Positions 38,346-49,910 of a stretch of DNA of 64,000 bases are shown one piece after another; the first letter of the stretch is position 1, and every line of letters begins with the position of its first letter. Source of the DNA: a virus (Duplodnaviria; Caudoviricetes); the IMG/VR virus record IMGVR_UViG_3300005546_000002, positions 1 through 64,000 of that record; one strand, written 5' to 3'. The notes under the pieces are model-generated. The model saw only the letters and a list, made by a program, of their open reading frames with translations. It was not told the DNA's origin and made no database searches. The translations under genes and the position numbers were made by a program.

Positions 38346-38421
38346 GTCACGTTGACGTGACTTTTGACCCGGATTTCCGGTAACTTGTCAAAGAAAAAGA
38401 ATTACAGGCGGAAAATTATTT

Positions 38422-39021
38422 TTAGGAGGGAGGGAGATCGGGCAGTACGATTCTGCCAATCTTGCTAAATATCTGAACGAATTTCGCCGGGTCCGCGCCG
38501 AAATATACGAACGTCTGTCCGCGCTTCGCCTGTCCGCCAACGGTCCCATCGTGCTTGATAAACTTGATTCGATCCCGCGCAAGACAGACCGGATATCTGA
38601 CCCAGAGGTTCTCATACCACCTATAGCCATGAGTCGAGTTAATCAGCAAGATGCCCTGCTTGAAGTGTCCAGCCTCGTATTCAGCGGCCATCTTTTGCGA
38701 CCATAGAGCCTGATTGCTTCCCGCCTCCGACTTACCATAGGGCGGATTGCAGAAGACGGTTGCTCGAAGATTCCAGCTCGCCTCTAGCCCTTTCTGCGAA
38801 TAGTAGCTTTGGGCTTTAATCCATTCTTGAGGCGCTCTATCGCTCGCAGGATCAAGGCCGATCTCGCCCAGAACCTCTCGCACCATCTCGATTATATACG
38901 GAGGCGTGTACCATGACTGCGATTCATGGCTCGTAAGGACAGACATCGGCTGGCCCATTACAGGCCGCTCCAACGCAGCTAGCAGCTCGATGTTCTTCTG
39001 TATCTGCGCTCGGTTTTCCAT
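38422..39021 (-). CDS. Phage Dam-like DNA N6-adenine methyltransferase (paralog 2)
   Basis: WYTP, LDPAS, FCNPPY; start moved to ATG 39021. Confidence 0.88.
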   Translation of the reverse strand: MENRAQIQKNIELLAALERPVMGQPMSVLTSHESQSWYTPPYIIEMVREVLGEIGLDPASDRAPQEWIKAQSYYSQKGLEASWNLRATVFCNPPYGKSEAGSNQALWSQKMAAEYEAGHFKQGILLINSTHGYRWYENLWVRYPVCLARDRIKFIKHDGTVGGQAKRGQTFVYFGADPAKFVQIFSKIGRIVLPDLPPS

Positions 39022-40149
39022 CACGCTATCGATTCTGCAAGTAGGTCGGCGAGTAGGTCGGCGAGCTTGCCAATTACCTTGGCAGCGCATGAAAAACAAA
39101 GCGGGACAGGGCCAATTTCTACGCATACGGGCTGACCGCAGGGTAACGACTCTCTTTCCAAGCCGGGACAGGTTACGTCGATGAACTCAGAAGGCGAAAG
39201 AGAGATATTGCCCGTTGAATGATGCACGGATACCGGCTCTGTGGCGATACGTCTAAAAGCATCTTCCCATCGCTGCGTTTTACTCATTTCGATCACGCAA
39301 AATACGCTCTCGCGTTCCCTTCTTCCCGGAGCCGTTTGAACTCTGTTTCCGACTCTATCCATTGCTCTAGAGTGCCCTGTAATGACGTTTTAAGCGCGTT
39401 TAAGCGCTTTTCCAGCCATTCCCTAGTACATGCCTTGCCTTGTTCGAGAAAACGGGCTGTAGCGCAGAATTCCACGAAGTCGGCTCTAATTCGCTCGCGA
39501 GCCTCTTCCGAGGTTACAAGCCAACAGGGGATCACCGTGTTCTTCTTCGCCGCTTCTTCTCTGGCGAGGCTGAACGCTGCCATGTTTAGCAACGTAAATT
39601 CCGCCCGTTCTTCGTCGGTTAAACCCGTCATTGTCCGTCCTTTGTTTTCAGAAGTCGCTCGATGCTTCGCGTGAACGCTGATTCAGTATAAACCTCTTGA
39701 GGCCTATTAGGGAACCGGGCGCATATCAGCTCTTCCTCGCCGTCATGATACGTGCATTCCTTCTCCCATGCTTCCTCTAATAAGTCCTGCGATTGAGAAG
39801 ACAACGGTTCAAGCTGCTCAACGTCTATTACAAGACAACAGACGCTGTATTGTTCTGCAAATTCAACTCTCATTTTCCCCTCTTTTCTGTTCCCGCTTTA
39901 TCCTACCATTCCCCAGAATCGTCGTCGCGTTGCGACAACGACGGGAGCTTGCGTAGCGAATGCCGGACTACACCCGAGCTAAACCTTTGCTGGCGCTCTA
40001 TCCGCGCTTGTTTTTCAATACACTTTTTGCATGAAGGATCGGCGATAAAGTAACGTTCATCGAACGCGCTTACCTCGCGTTCTAAGCCGTTCGCCAGCTT
40101 GAGAGTTTTCTTATGCTGGCCGCATGTATGCCTCAGCTTGTTATACTCG

Positions 40150-42048
40150 TTATCGTCCATTTCTGTTCCCCGCCCACCATTCCTCGCATTCGAGAAGATA
40201 CGGAGCCCATCTCAGATAGTCCGCTCTCGTTCGAGGGTCGGCAAAAAACTGCTTGAAGTCGCCGGGCGCGTAAGCATTAACGTGCAAGAGCGCAGTCTTT
40301 GGCACAGCAATACTACAAGCAATAGCGTCGTCACCCTCCACCATTGAATAGCGGTTGTTTAATCGCTCTCGCTTCCATTTGTAGAAGCAGCGCCCGCCCG
40401 TAGCCTTCACTACCGTAGCCAGCGTCCCCGGACCCGGATTACCATAAGGCCGATGCCGAGTCACGTCAACGTGATGCCGAATCCGCCAGTTATTATGACA
40501 CCATCTATTGTACCGCTCCGCCTCAACTTGCTCCCAGTAAACCTCTTGACCGACCGTGACAGAGCCTGCCTTGATCGACCTGTTCAGTTCCTCGCGGTAA
40601 GCTTCAAAGTCCGGCGCATCCCCGGCAACCAGAGCCCGCGACTGATCGTAAATCAGTTCAACCGCCTGAGCAAACCCTTCATTGCTCCATAGCTGCCAAG
40701 GCGGGTGAGGATGAAATACCGGCGAACGATCCAACAACCCTTGGAGAACTAGCACCAGTCGGTTATGCTCGTCAATCTGGTCCTTGACGTGTTCGGATAT
40801 GTCGTCGTAATAGACGCTCTCCGGCGACCAGAAAATATACTTGTCGTGACTACCGAAATAATGCGGCTCCCAGCCACGTTTCTTTTTAGGCGTCCGCTTC
40901 CACTCTGCTAGTTCTTCTTCGTACCTCTTCCGCGCCTTCCGCTCGTCATCGAAGATTTGCAGATGCTCGCCCTCGCTGATCAATTTGTCCACCCTACCAC
41001 CAAACATCTTGGCGTACACTCCGCTACCAAGCTCCGAGCGCTCGATATCAGGGAACAGCTTAGAGCCGAACTCTATGCCCGTGCTTAAGCGAAATACCTG
41101 TTCGCCGTTTCTGATATACAGAAAGGTCAGCTCATCGGCTTCCGAGGCGAAGAGGATGTTAATGAAATCGCGGAACGTAACGCCCTCTCGGTGCTTCTCG
41201 TTTCTCCGAACCTGAAAGGCAAGGACACATCGCGGGAAGGGCAGTAATCGCTCTAGATTCTCGGGTTCTATAACCCATTTATCGAACGCTTGAATATCCT
41301 TGAACGTCATACCGCCCGTTCGGTACTCGGCTAAACACTCTTCGTCCATATAGGCCCGCCGCTGGAAGAGCCTTACGCGCTCGCCAATCGGGGCTGGTTC
41401 GCCCTCTTTGACTTGCTCGACCTGCTCTATCAGACCGGCGTACAGTTCCACATGAAACACCCGCGCTTTGATTACCTTAATCGCCGGTTGAAGCTCCGCC
41501 AGCGCCCCCTCCATAGCCAATATCGGCGCTTGAAGCCATGCGGCCATCGCCTCGTTATGTCTCTTGATCCTATCGAACAACTCTGGCAAGGTCTTCTCTT
41601 TGGCGAGAATCAACGCCTCTTTGTACTCATTTACGGGCTGAGAGCCGCTACGAATCGCTAGCGCCTGCGTCTCGCTCCCGTCGCTTAAGCTCTGTCTCGG
41701 GCTGATCGCTAGGCTGCGCGTAATCTCCTGAACCTCCGCCATTAACGCTCGGGCTTTCCCGCGATGCTTTTCTACCTTACGCGCTATATACTCTTCCGCG
41801 TCCGGCGCAGCCTTACAGACCTGATAGAATTTATTGAAATGAACCCTTGTAGTATAAACTCCGCCGTAGGTCTCAGCCGGTCCGTCGAATTCCGCGTAGT
41901 TAGACCCTAGATGGACTATGCAGCCTAACCACGGCTTCTTGTCGTCGTGCTCCTGAATCCAGAACCACTGACCAACCATCAGCTCGCCGTCTTCGTTCTC
42001 TATGGTCGGCAAGACCCTCCGGCTTAACTGGGAATTCGTTTCACTCAT
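40150..42048 (-). CDS. Large hypothetical phage protein
   Basis: 632-aa ORF with coiled-coil segment; repeat copies upstream (42053) and internal (40460). Confidence 0.75.
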   Translation of the reverse strand: MSETNSQLSRRVLPTIENEDGELMVGQWFWIQEHDDKKPWLGCIVHLGSNYAEFDGPAETYGGVYTTRVHFNKFYQVCKAAPDAEEYIARKVEKHRGKARALMAEVQEITRSLAISPRQSLSDGSETQALAIRSGSQPVNEYKEALILAKEKTLPELFDRIKRHNEAMAAWLQAPILAMEGALAELQPAIKVIKARVFHVELYAGLIEQVEQVKEGEPAPIGERVRLFQRRAYMDEECLAEYRTGGMTFKDIQAFDKWVIEPENLERLLPFPRCVLAFQVRRNEKHREGVTFRDFINILFASEADELTFLYIRNGEQVFRLSTGIEFGSKLFPDIERSELGSGVYAKMFGGRVDKLISEGEHLQIFDDERKARKRYEEELAEWKRTPKKKRGWEPHYFGSHDKYIFWSPESVYYDDISEHVKDQIDEHNRLVLVLQGLLDRSPVFHPHPPWQLWSNEGFAQAVELIYDQSRALVAGDAPDFEAYREELNRSIKAGSVTVGQEVYWEQVEAERYNRWCHNNWRIRHHVDVTRHRPYGNPGPGTLATVVKATGGRCFYKWKRERLNNRYSMVEGDDAIACSIAVPKTALLHVNAYAPGDFKQFFADPRTRADYLRWAPYLLECEEWWAGNRNGR

Positions 42049-42171
42049 GATAATCACGTCAACGTGACTTCTCAAACTTCCGGCTCCATACCACAAGGAT
42101 AACCGCCAAGACGACTAGCCCTAGCGCCTTCGCAGCGCTGAGAATCAGGCTCGCAAGCTCTAGATCAATCC

Positions 42172-42666
42172 TCATGGCTCCATCACCCAAAGCAGCGTAG
42201 GCCACGCCTCGTAGATATCCATCTGACAGTAGCGACCCTGCTTGATCTTCTCGATGCTCTCGCGGTAGCTTGCCAGTTCCGGCCAGCGAGCTAGTTGGTC
42301 CTTAGTGGCGTTGCGGATTCGGGCCGGAGCGCCCTTGACGTTCGTATCCCACGAGCGGTAGTTCGGGCCGTTCAGTTCTTTCGCCGTCTTGTAGATTTCC
42401 GCTCTGGCAGGATTATCGGAGTCGTCCGGGGCGGTCGCCTTCAGGACATATCGCACACCGTCGATCCTTGCCGTCCGTTGTGGTCGAACTCCGTCAGGCG
42501 AACGCATACATCCATGGTTCGTTCCTCCACAGGAACATCTACAAACGTCCTCTCTCGCTTCCCAGCATGCCTCGGAACAGGTCGTTTCTGTTAGGTAGGC
42601 CAATAGCGAAGCCATAGAGACTCCGTTTGCGATTTGTTTTTGAATTGGATTTAGCTTTGTCGTCAT
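42172..42666 (-). CDS. Cys-rich hypothetical protein, probably leaderless
   Basis: CSEACW....VCRCSCGG.NHG; ATG 7 nt after the -10 box. Confidence 0.7.
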   Translation of the reverse strand: MTTKLNPIQKQIANGVSMASLLAYLTETTCSEACWEAREDVCRCSCGGTNHGCMRSPDGVRPQRTARIDGVRYVLKATAPDDSDNPARAEIYKTAKELNGPNYRSWDTNVKGAPARIRNATKDQLARWPELASYRESIEKIKQGRYCQMDIYEAWPTLLWVMEP

Positions 42667-42672
42667 AATCGT

Positions 42673-42710
42673 ATTATCGGTTATCCTAGATAGAATGTCA
42701 AGAGTTATTA
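42673..42710 (-). promoter_or_regulatory. Sigma70-type promoter
   Basis: AATAACTC-TTGACA (42696-42701), 17 bp, GATAAT (42673-42678). Confidence 0.8.
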
Positions 42711-44036
42711 TCTAACAACCTTATAAACCTTTGCGCCCGGCGCTTTGATCGGCTTCGACGGATCACCTTTCCAGTAAGGGAGAATCAGAATCCGCTTGTG
42801 CGTGTTCTCGCTTGGGTACCACTGTTCCCTGTAATGCATGCCAACCAGCCATTGAAAGTTCCACTCCACCGGCTGACGCGGTTCTCCGCCCTTTCCCGCC
42901 TCTTCTTGCGCCTTGAGATACAACCGCCTCAAGTACACGGTGCTGATCTTCGGAATGCTTTGCTTTGCGCGCTCGGCCTGTCTTCGGATATGACGGGCTG
43001 GCGGAGTATCGGCCACTTTAATGACGGGCTGGCGCATAAACTCGTTCAGCGCCCAAGCCTCTATCATCGTCACCGACCGCACCGTAGATTCCGCCATCAG
43101 CCTGCCAGATTCCGCGTACTCTTCTAACTCAGGTCGTTTTAGTGCGAAAGTCGTCCATTCAACACGAGGCTCCGGCGACTCCGGTACCTCCACTACTATT
43201 AGTCGGGCAATTGCGCCTAGCCATTTATTTTCCGGCGCGCCCTTTGCGCTTGTATACATTTTTACCGGAAACATAAGCATCGCGCGCATCTTACAGTTAA
43301 AGTAATCCTGATGCCCCGTTTCTATCTCCTGTATCTTCCCAATAGTAGGGATAAGACAAGGCAGCGGTTTATCAATAACCCAGAACTGCGGCTCCGGTAT
43401 CTTCTCAAGTGCCTCGTCCCAGGTAATAGCGTCTTCCTGAAACGCCGGAGCGGTCGATGCCGCGGCTTGCCAAAGGTCTTGATGCCAGAGGGTTACTTGA
43501 ATCTGATTCTGCGTATACGCTTCCACCGCCTTCATCATACATCCTTGCTGCACCGATTCCATTAACTCGGTATGACCCTCCAACTCCGGGGAGTAAGGAC
43601 CGTATCTTACTAGCGCTGTAGATTTCAGATTGTAAAATAGCTTGTGATAGAATTCCAGCGCGTCCGTGACTCCCCATTTCCGCTCTTTACCGAAAGCGTA
43701 GTACACAGCCGTACCACTCCTGCTCGCCGCCCCTTGGTTCACAGCAACGAATCCAGCCCAGTGTTTTAAGGGAATAGCAAGCCAGATGTCTCGATGATTC
43801 GCTAAGACCGGATGCGGTATGATTAACTCCCGAATTCCCAACGCCGTACAATACTCAAAGTAGATAGACAGGAGAACTATGTTTTCCTTTCCATCCTCAA
43901 CATCACCAATCTGTGCGTAGTTATAGCCAACTGGATTCGCCTTCGCCAGCTCCAAGAACTCGCCAATCAGATGACCGTAGCTCGTACCCGCAGCGGCTTC
44001 CAAGAATCCCTCCGTGTTGTATAGTCGGATAAACAT
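42708..44036 (-). CDS. Hypothetical phage protein
   Basis: C-terminal WLV..H.R.QWYPS....I.I.PYWKG motif; start moved to ATG 44036. Confidence 0.7.
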   Translation of the reverse strand: MFIRLYNTEGFLEAAAGTSYGHLIGEFLELAKANPVGYNYAQIGDVEDGKENIVLLSIYFEYCTALGIRELIIPHPVLANHRDIWLAIPLKHWAGFVAVNQGAASRSGTAVYYAFGKERKWGVTDALEFYHKLFYNLKSTALVRYGPYSPELEGHTELMESVQQGCMMKAVEAYTQNQIQVTLWHQDLWQAAASTAPAFQEDAITWDEALEKIPEPQFWVIDKPLPCLIPTIGKIQEIETGHQDYFNCKMRAMLMFPVKMYTSAKGAPENKWLGAIARLIVVEVPESPEPRVEWTTFALKRPELEEYAESGRLMAESTVRSVTMIEAWALNEFMRQPVIKVADTPPARHIRRQAERAKQSIPKISTVYLRRLYLKAQEEAGKGGEPRQPVEWNFQWLVGMHYREQWYPSENTHKRILILPYWKGDPSKPIKAPGAKVYKVVR

Positions 44037-44046
44037 AAAAGTCACG

Positions 44047-44322
44047 TCAACGTGATTTGTAGACCAGATTCCCGCAGCGAAAACTAAGAATGTTCTCAAG
44101 GCGGATAATGCGATACCCCCGCTGCTCGACATCGAAGACGACTATCAGCCCCTTGCTCTTGGGGTCAAAGCGCAGTCCCTTCCCGGTTATGTAGCGCCCG
44201 ACTCCCGTTCTCGCCACCATCTCCCTGATAGACCCGTCCTGTTTTCTAAACCGTACAGAGAAGAACCGACCATTAGTCGCCTCGATCAAGGTTCGTAACC
44301 GCTCCGCTCTACTTGGGCGCAT
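44047..44322 (-). CDS. SH3/WYL-like beta-barrel protein
   Basis: FSVRFRKQDGSIREM...VFDVE..GYR.I.LENI. Confidence 0.7.
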   Translation of the reverse strand: MRPSRAERLRTLIEATNGRFFSVRFRKQDGSIREMVARTGVGRYITGKGLRFDPKSKGLIVVFDVEQRGYRIIRLENILSFRCGNLVYKSR

Positions 44323-47300
44323 CGCAGAGAGTCGGGCTCTAACCGCTACACAGACCTTGCATTGACACTCCCACCATTTGCGACGATGTAGGTCGGCTGT
44401 CTGATGCGCCCGCGCTCGTTACAACGACTCCATCATTGTAAACCGTCGACGTCGCATTTGCTTTCAACGCCAGGTCGAAAACCTTGTCTAATAGCAGCTT
44501 GATTTCTTGTTCTGGATTCATTGCACCATCAACCTTTCGACTCTACCACTCCACCTAACCCTAACCACCCTGCAACCATGCTTCCCCAGTTCAACCTTGA
44601 ACTGCCCCAAGGTCAGCCGCTCAGGAAAGCAAAGCTCCCGGTTACAGGATAGACAGTAGAGCCAGATCATTGATTGCCTTCGGCTCTCAACCGAACAACC
44701 ATGCCAAACCGCTTTCGCCATGATTGCAACCTAAGCACATCCTCAATGTGATCTAACGCTCTTGCTTTCTGAATCTTAGTCATCAAGCGAGCTTTGCGCT
44801 TTCTATCCAGTCGGCGTTGTTGATAGCGATAAGAATTCATTGATTGCCTTTGGCTTTGGCGACTGCATTAGCAAGCAGCTCTATAGCTTCATTCGTGCTG
44901 AAGCTATCTTCATCGTCTAACACACCGCCGTTAAGTTCTCTGAGACGAATCCGATCCGCATCAATGCAGGCTATAGCCTTGATACATGCGTCCAGCATCT
45001 CAGGAGCAGCGGCTATCAGGTTTGCGTTTGCTTTTGCGGGCTTCTCAACGCCGGTTATATATGCCTCAGCTACTAACACCCCGCCGTCAGCGTCGGAAAT
45101 TACGCCGTAGCTGTTCTCATCTGCGCGGCGCCCTGTTCCCTCAATTACACGCCACGGCCCCGCTGTATGCCTCGCCTTGTTCTCTTGCTCACTTGCTTTG
45201 CTCATCTCGTCCCTCGCTTTTCTAATGGCTGCGTTACGGAAAGTCATAGTTTCTCTTTTGCCATGAAACCACAGAGACGTGGTCAACTACGGAGAACATC
45301 TCTATCTCCAACTCATGCACAATGCGGTCAATGTCGTCTTCGCCGAGATCGTCGGCGACTGTCACTTCAACCCGCATAAGAAATTTCACTTTCTTCATCC
45401 TCCTTAGATCGTCCAACCGAGCCGCCAATAAAGCTGTTCAACTTGATCGCAAAGGCGATCCCGCTGGCGCTTGCCTCGAATTTTCTCGTCGTTAGTGTTG
45501 ATGATCAGCCCATTGATTTCGTCAAGCTCGACTCCTTCCAGTCTCTCAGAATCGACCAGCGCGAGACGGACTGGTGGAATTTCGCCTATCGTGACGGCAG
45601 TAATTAGCACCTTCATGGTATTCATTCTCCTTGTGTCAGCTTCCGCTCCAAGTCTTTAGTAGACAAGCGCGTCCCGCAGAACGGACAGAAATAGACCCGG
45701 ATGATAGTATTTGCGGAATCATACCAGAGATACCATCCCGGTCCTTGCCATTGATTATAACCGGCTCCGATTACGAGTCTGTAGTGCAGCGCGATCTCTT
45801 CGGTTACGTACCAAATACCCATCGGATCGTCGCCCTTGATATCCTTAAATGCCTCGCAACACAACTCGCGCGGAGCAATCTCTTCTTCGCCGTTATCGTG
45901 TTCCGTCTTTACGCTCATTCTTTAACCTCACATCAGTTTCTCGAACTCTATCCGGGTCTGCTCCAAGTTCCAGCCTTTCTCGGACGCCTTGAAGCCAAAC
46001 TCGACTGCCATCCAAAGATTCGGATCGATCTCGCGGCTTTCTTCTCCTAGCACTCGATCTATCCGACTGCGCTCGACCAGTCGGGCTCGTATGGGCATCG
46101 ACCCGGATTTCTCTTCTTCGCTGTTTAGCGCCCGGACTCGCCGTTCGGCCTCTTCTTTTTCCCTGTTCCCGTAGTAGCCATCCGGCAAGTCGTACCAAGA
46201 CTCATGTTGCAACTGCTGGTATTGAATTACGTAGGATACTTCCCTGCTCATTACCCGTACCTCCGTTCCCCGTCAATCTCCGTACTCAAAGTGTGTTATC
46301 ACGCGAGGCTCGCCTTCGGCAGAAACGCCGTCGAGTCGTACAACGGCTCCTACAGGATAACTCGCCAAGAAGCCGATGTCTTGCTGCGGTAAAGCTTTGA
46401 GGACTTCCAACGCTTGTTCTGCGCTGTCCGCTGCTACAATAGCGATTATCCCCCCGCTAAAGCTTGCATCGCCGTGTGCCTGATATACGTTCATACCCAT
46501 ACCTCCGTCCCTGTCAAACACAGGATCGAATACGCCAAGCTCTTCTCTCGGTCGTTCATCTGCTTCCAGATACCTTGCGACCGCTCTTGAAGAACAGGAT
46601 CAAGACTCCGATGCGCTCCGCATAGAGCCCTGAGATAGTTCGTTACCTTGATTGCGAATTCTAGTTCCATTATTCTATCCTCCCCGGCTCTCGCTCGTGT
46701 TCGCATCGCTGAATCTCGCAGGCCAGTGGTTTCTCGCTTCCGCATAAACTACAAAGCAAGGATACCCCATGCGGGCTAATCAAGCAGCTTCCAACACAGC
46801 GATGCGTCTCGGTGTCTTCGCCCTCATAACTGCAATGCGCTATGCGAACCATCTCAAGCAACGCGTCGTCTATCACTAGCGGAGCATTAAGCTGAACCTG
46901 TTTGGGCATTACGACCTCTCCAAGTATTCGCGCTCTTCCTCCGCGACCGCATTAGCTAACTCGACCAGCGCGGCCTGTACTTCCGCCGCGTTATCTTCGT
47001 TCCAAGACAAACCCGCAGCTTCATAGGCCGACTTGAAATAGTGCGTCAATGTACCGCGCCGCTTGTTTCTTTTGCTCTGTGAATAGACTCATTGCGCCTT
47101 CTCTCCTTCGCGACGTTCAGCGTCGGCAATCGCGACCCTGACCATCCCCCATGCTTCGTGCTCGTCATCCCCCAGACAATCGGGCCCATGAACCGCGCTC
47201 GTCGGCTGATTCATTCGCTGAAATACTGTATCGACCGCTTTGAGCGCTGCGAGTGATTTATCGTAAGAATTGACCGCAGTAACTATCAGCCGCGCTCTGA

Positions 47301-47714
47301 GCTTTGTTTGTTCTTCCGTTTCCGCATAGACAATGACCGGCGCATTGGTATCCGTCGTGACGTGCTGATAGAACCCCTTACTCGGCCAATTGTCTTTTGG
47401 CTCGCCCTGAAGTGCCCATGCCTGCTCAGTTTCCTTGTTCATAACGCCCTCTCGCCGACTCGCGCTCAAACACCGGAGCGCTGTCTTGATCCGTGTATTC
47501 CGAGACGTACAACACATGCGCGTTCTGCCGCGCATACCTCATACACTCGCGCTCGGGAGCAACCATCAGCCGTACACCGGCCCCGTCGATCGCGCAATAC
47601 TCGGAATTCGGCTCGTCTTCGCCGTAACGTTCCGGGTGCGTAGCTCTCTCGTCGCTTTCCTGATCTTGCATCGCTAATACCCCAGTTGGATCGAAGTCGA
47701 GATACGTGTCCATG

Positions 47715-47981
47715 TTACTCTCCTCCTTTCTCAACAGGATACCAACGCCGCGCAACGACGTGGGCTTCGTAGCGGACTGGGCCAAATGCCGCTTCGCGTC
47801 CAAGGTACTCTTCAAAGCGAATCAAGCCTTTGTGAGCCAAGCCGAATAGCCGGTCGCGAAGGGTTGTCTCGTAACCGCTGTGGTGTCCAAGAGACTCGGC
47901 TATTTCGTGAGTGGAACTTCCAGGAAGGCTTTGGACGGCCTTCAGAGCCTCGTTTTGGTTCTGGGTTAGTTTGCGTGTCAT
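47715..47981 (-). CDS. Winged-helix protein
   Basis: LT..Q...L.......STHEIAESLG...RL..LA.KGLI. Confidence 0.65.
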   Translation of the reverse strand: MTRKLTQNQNEALKAVQSLPGSSTHEIAESLGHHSGYETTLRDRLFGLAHKGLIRFEEYLGREAAFGPVRYEAHVVARRWYPVEKGGE

Positions 47982-48017
47982 TTTCGTTTCTCCCTTTTTC
48001 TCTCGTCGTCAAGAGGG

Positions 48018-48056
48018 AGTTTAGTTGATCTCAAAATGAATGTCAAGAGTTATTAT
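48018..48056 (-). promoter_or_regulatory. Sigma70-type promoter
   Basis: AATAACTC-TTGACA (48041-48046), 17 bp, TAAACT (48018-48023). Confidence 0.75.
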
Positions 48057-48115
48057 TCCAATCCGTAAGTTTTTTTTCAGACAGGGGGGCCAACCACGAG
48101 AACCGCTGTTACCGC

Positions 48116-48219
48116 TTTGCGTTTTAAGCGAACTTTGGGAGCCAGAACATAGCAAAACATAGGTCAATACCGAAACTACGCTTAAATCGCCTTAAAACGC
48201 CAGCAATCGCTATTCTAGG
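48116..48219. repeat. Intergenic element of about 105 bp, copy C
   Basis: TTTGCGTTTTAAGCG ... CTTAAATCGCCTTAAAACGCCAGCAATCGCTATT. Confidence 0.8.
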
Positions 48220-48920
48220 GCTATTATCTAAGTCCAACTCTGCGTATCATCTTGACGAATCCACAACATTGACGATAAGGCAGAGCCCAAGACAGTCGCT
48301 CGGCAAGCGGAAGCGGAATACCCCAAGCCGCTAGTTCGTCTCTCGCTCGGAGCCGTACCAAGACAAGGCCCGGTATCCTCCAAGAGAGCGCCTTCATAGC
48401 AGCGCTAGCAGCGCGGAGCTTATCAAGCGCCGACCTTAACTCGCCGAATTGTGACTTATTCATTAAACCGGACCGCCGCTTGATCTTTCATGTCTCCTAA
48501 CCCGCGCTTCAATAAGCTTCTGCTCAACTGCTGCTTCGTAGGCTCCCTGCTCTGACGCATACCCTCTTCCAGTCAGACTCGTCGCACCAGTGGAAAGAAT
48601 GTAGAAGTGCCACCGACCGAGTAGACACCGAGTCTGAAACCCTAACTCAATATACTCGGTGCCTCTATAAGACATGCGCTTATCCCATTCGACTTCCACT
48701 GGATCGCGAGTCTCGCCAACGATCCGATCCTCAAAGAACGCTGGAAGCTCCGGGGCCGTGACAAACTTCTTACAATCGCACCGCTGCCATCTGAAATGAT
48801 ACCCGGCCTCTCCGCAGCGCCATCGCAGGAGCTTGTCTAGTAGCCTATCCAGACTCCGAGCCGGGATCAACCTGAACACGAACATGGTTATTGCGATAGT
48901 TAGAAGAACAACGCTGAATC

Positions 48921-49688
48921 TCATATCATACCTTCCCAAAGTTTTACGCTTGCCTCTGCCTGTTCAAGCTCCCTCGCTTTTACCTCTCTCATCTTTTGTG
49001 CTGCCGCGAGCTTGTGCTGTGTCCATCTCTTTTTGTACTCAGGATCAAGCTCGATCTGATACTTGACCGCAGCCTCTATGACCCAATCCAGAGAACGAGC
49101 GTGCGACATAGCCTTTTCGATTACCTTCTCGCGAATAATCTCTAACGCTTCCTCCGCAGAAGTCGCCGGATATACCTCAGTATCGTAGCCGCTCCCGTCG
49201 CGATACTGATTCAGCTTCCAATTTAGATTACCCTTGCTGTCCCCAAACAGGGACAGTAGTTTGATCCCATCAGCGCCGCCCTCTGCTCGCTCCACCACAG
49301 TAGCTACCTCCGGTACTCTATTGTAACGGAAAACCGCGTAGTGCGTTATCTTCCCGTCCAAAAACTGTTCGAGCCGCTCAAGCTGCGGGAACTTCCGGCA
49401 CTTCTCAAAGAACGCGGCTTCGTGGCGTTGGAAATTTGATATCTGCGCCGACATCTCCGCTTCGCGTGCTCTTAGCCGGTCGATCTCCTGTAGGATATCC
49501 TGTATCTCAGCCTCATACTGTTCGGTCGGAGGCTCGTCGTATACCCGATCAACGATCATCGGATGCCGGGCATCTAAGATATCATCGTCTTCTTCGTCTT
49601 TGTAGCCGTTGACATAGGCAACAATCGGCCTTCCGTCGTTCGCGGTCCCGATTACCCCCACCGCTCTACCGTCCTCTAGATATTTCAT
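48921..49688 (-). CDS. Hypothetical coiled-coil phage protein
   Basis: 255-aa ORF with KLLSLFG..KG.L.W..NQY.DGSG motif and SD AAGGAG. Confidence 0.7.
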   Translation of the reverse strand: MKYLEDGRAVGVIGTANDGRPIVAYVNGYKDEEDDDILDARHPMIVDRVYDEPPTEQYEAEIQDILQEIDRLRAREAEMSAQISNFQRHEAAFFEKCRKFPQLERLEQFLDGKITHYAVFRYNRVPEVATVVERAEGGADGIKLLSLFGDSKGNLNWKLNQYRDGSGYDTEVYPATSAEEALEIIREKVIEKAMSHARSLDWVIEAAVKYQIELDPEYKKRWTQHKLAAAQKMREVKARELEQAEASVKLWEGMI

Positions 49689-49910
49689 ATCGCTCCTTCT
49701 CTTTCAAACTCCACAAGCTCAACTTCCCGTCCGTCCATTCGAGCTTCTTCAGCCGTTCCAGCTTTGTCTGCCCGTTGTAGGTAGTAACCGTAACGCTCTG
49801 ACCGGGCCGGAGGTTTTGCAGGTCCGTCCAGCATCCCCAAGACCCGTCGCTGAGCCGTTTGTATGTACAACTCGCTTCTGCATTCATGCGCATCCCTGCA
49901 TGTCGGTTAC

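Noticed and set aside
39384-39412. Fifth copy of the 105-bp element (CGTTTTAAGCGCGTTTAAGCG)
   Set aside because: Only one arm is present and it lies inside an ORF; insufficient similarity
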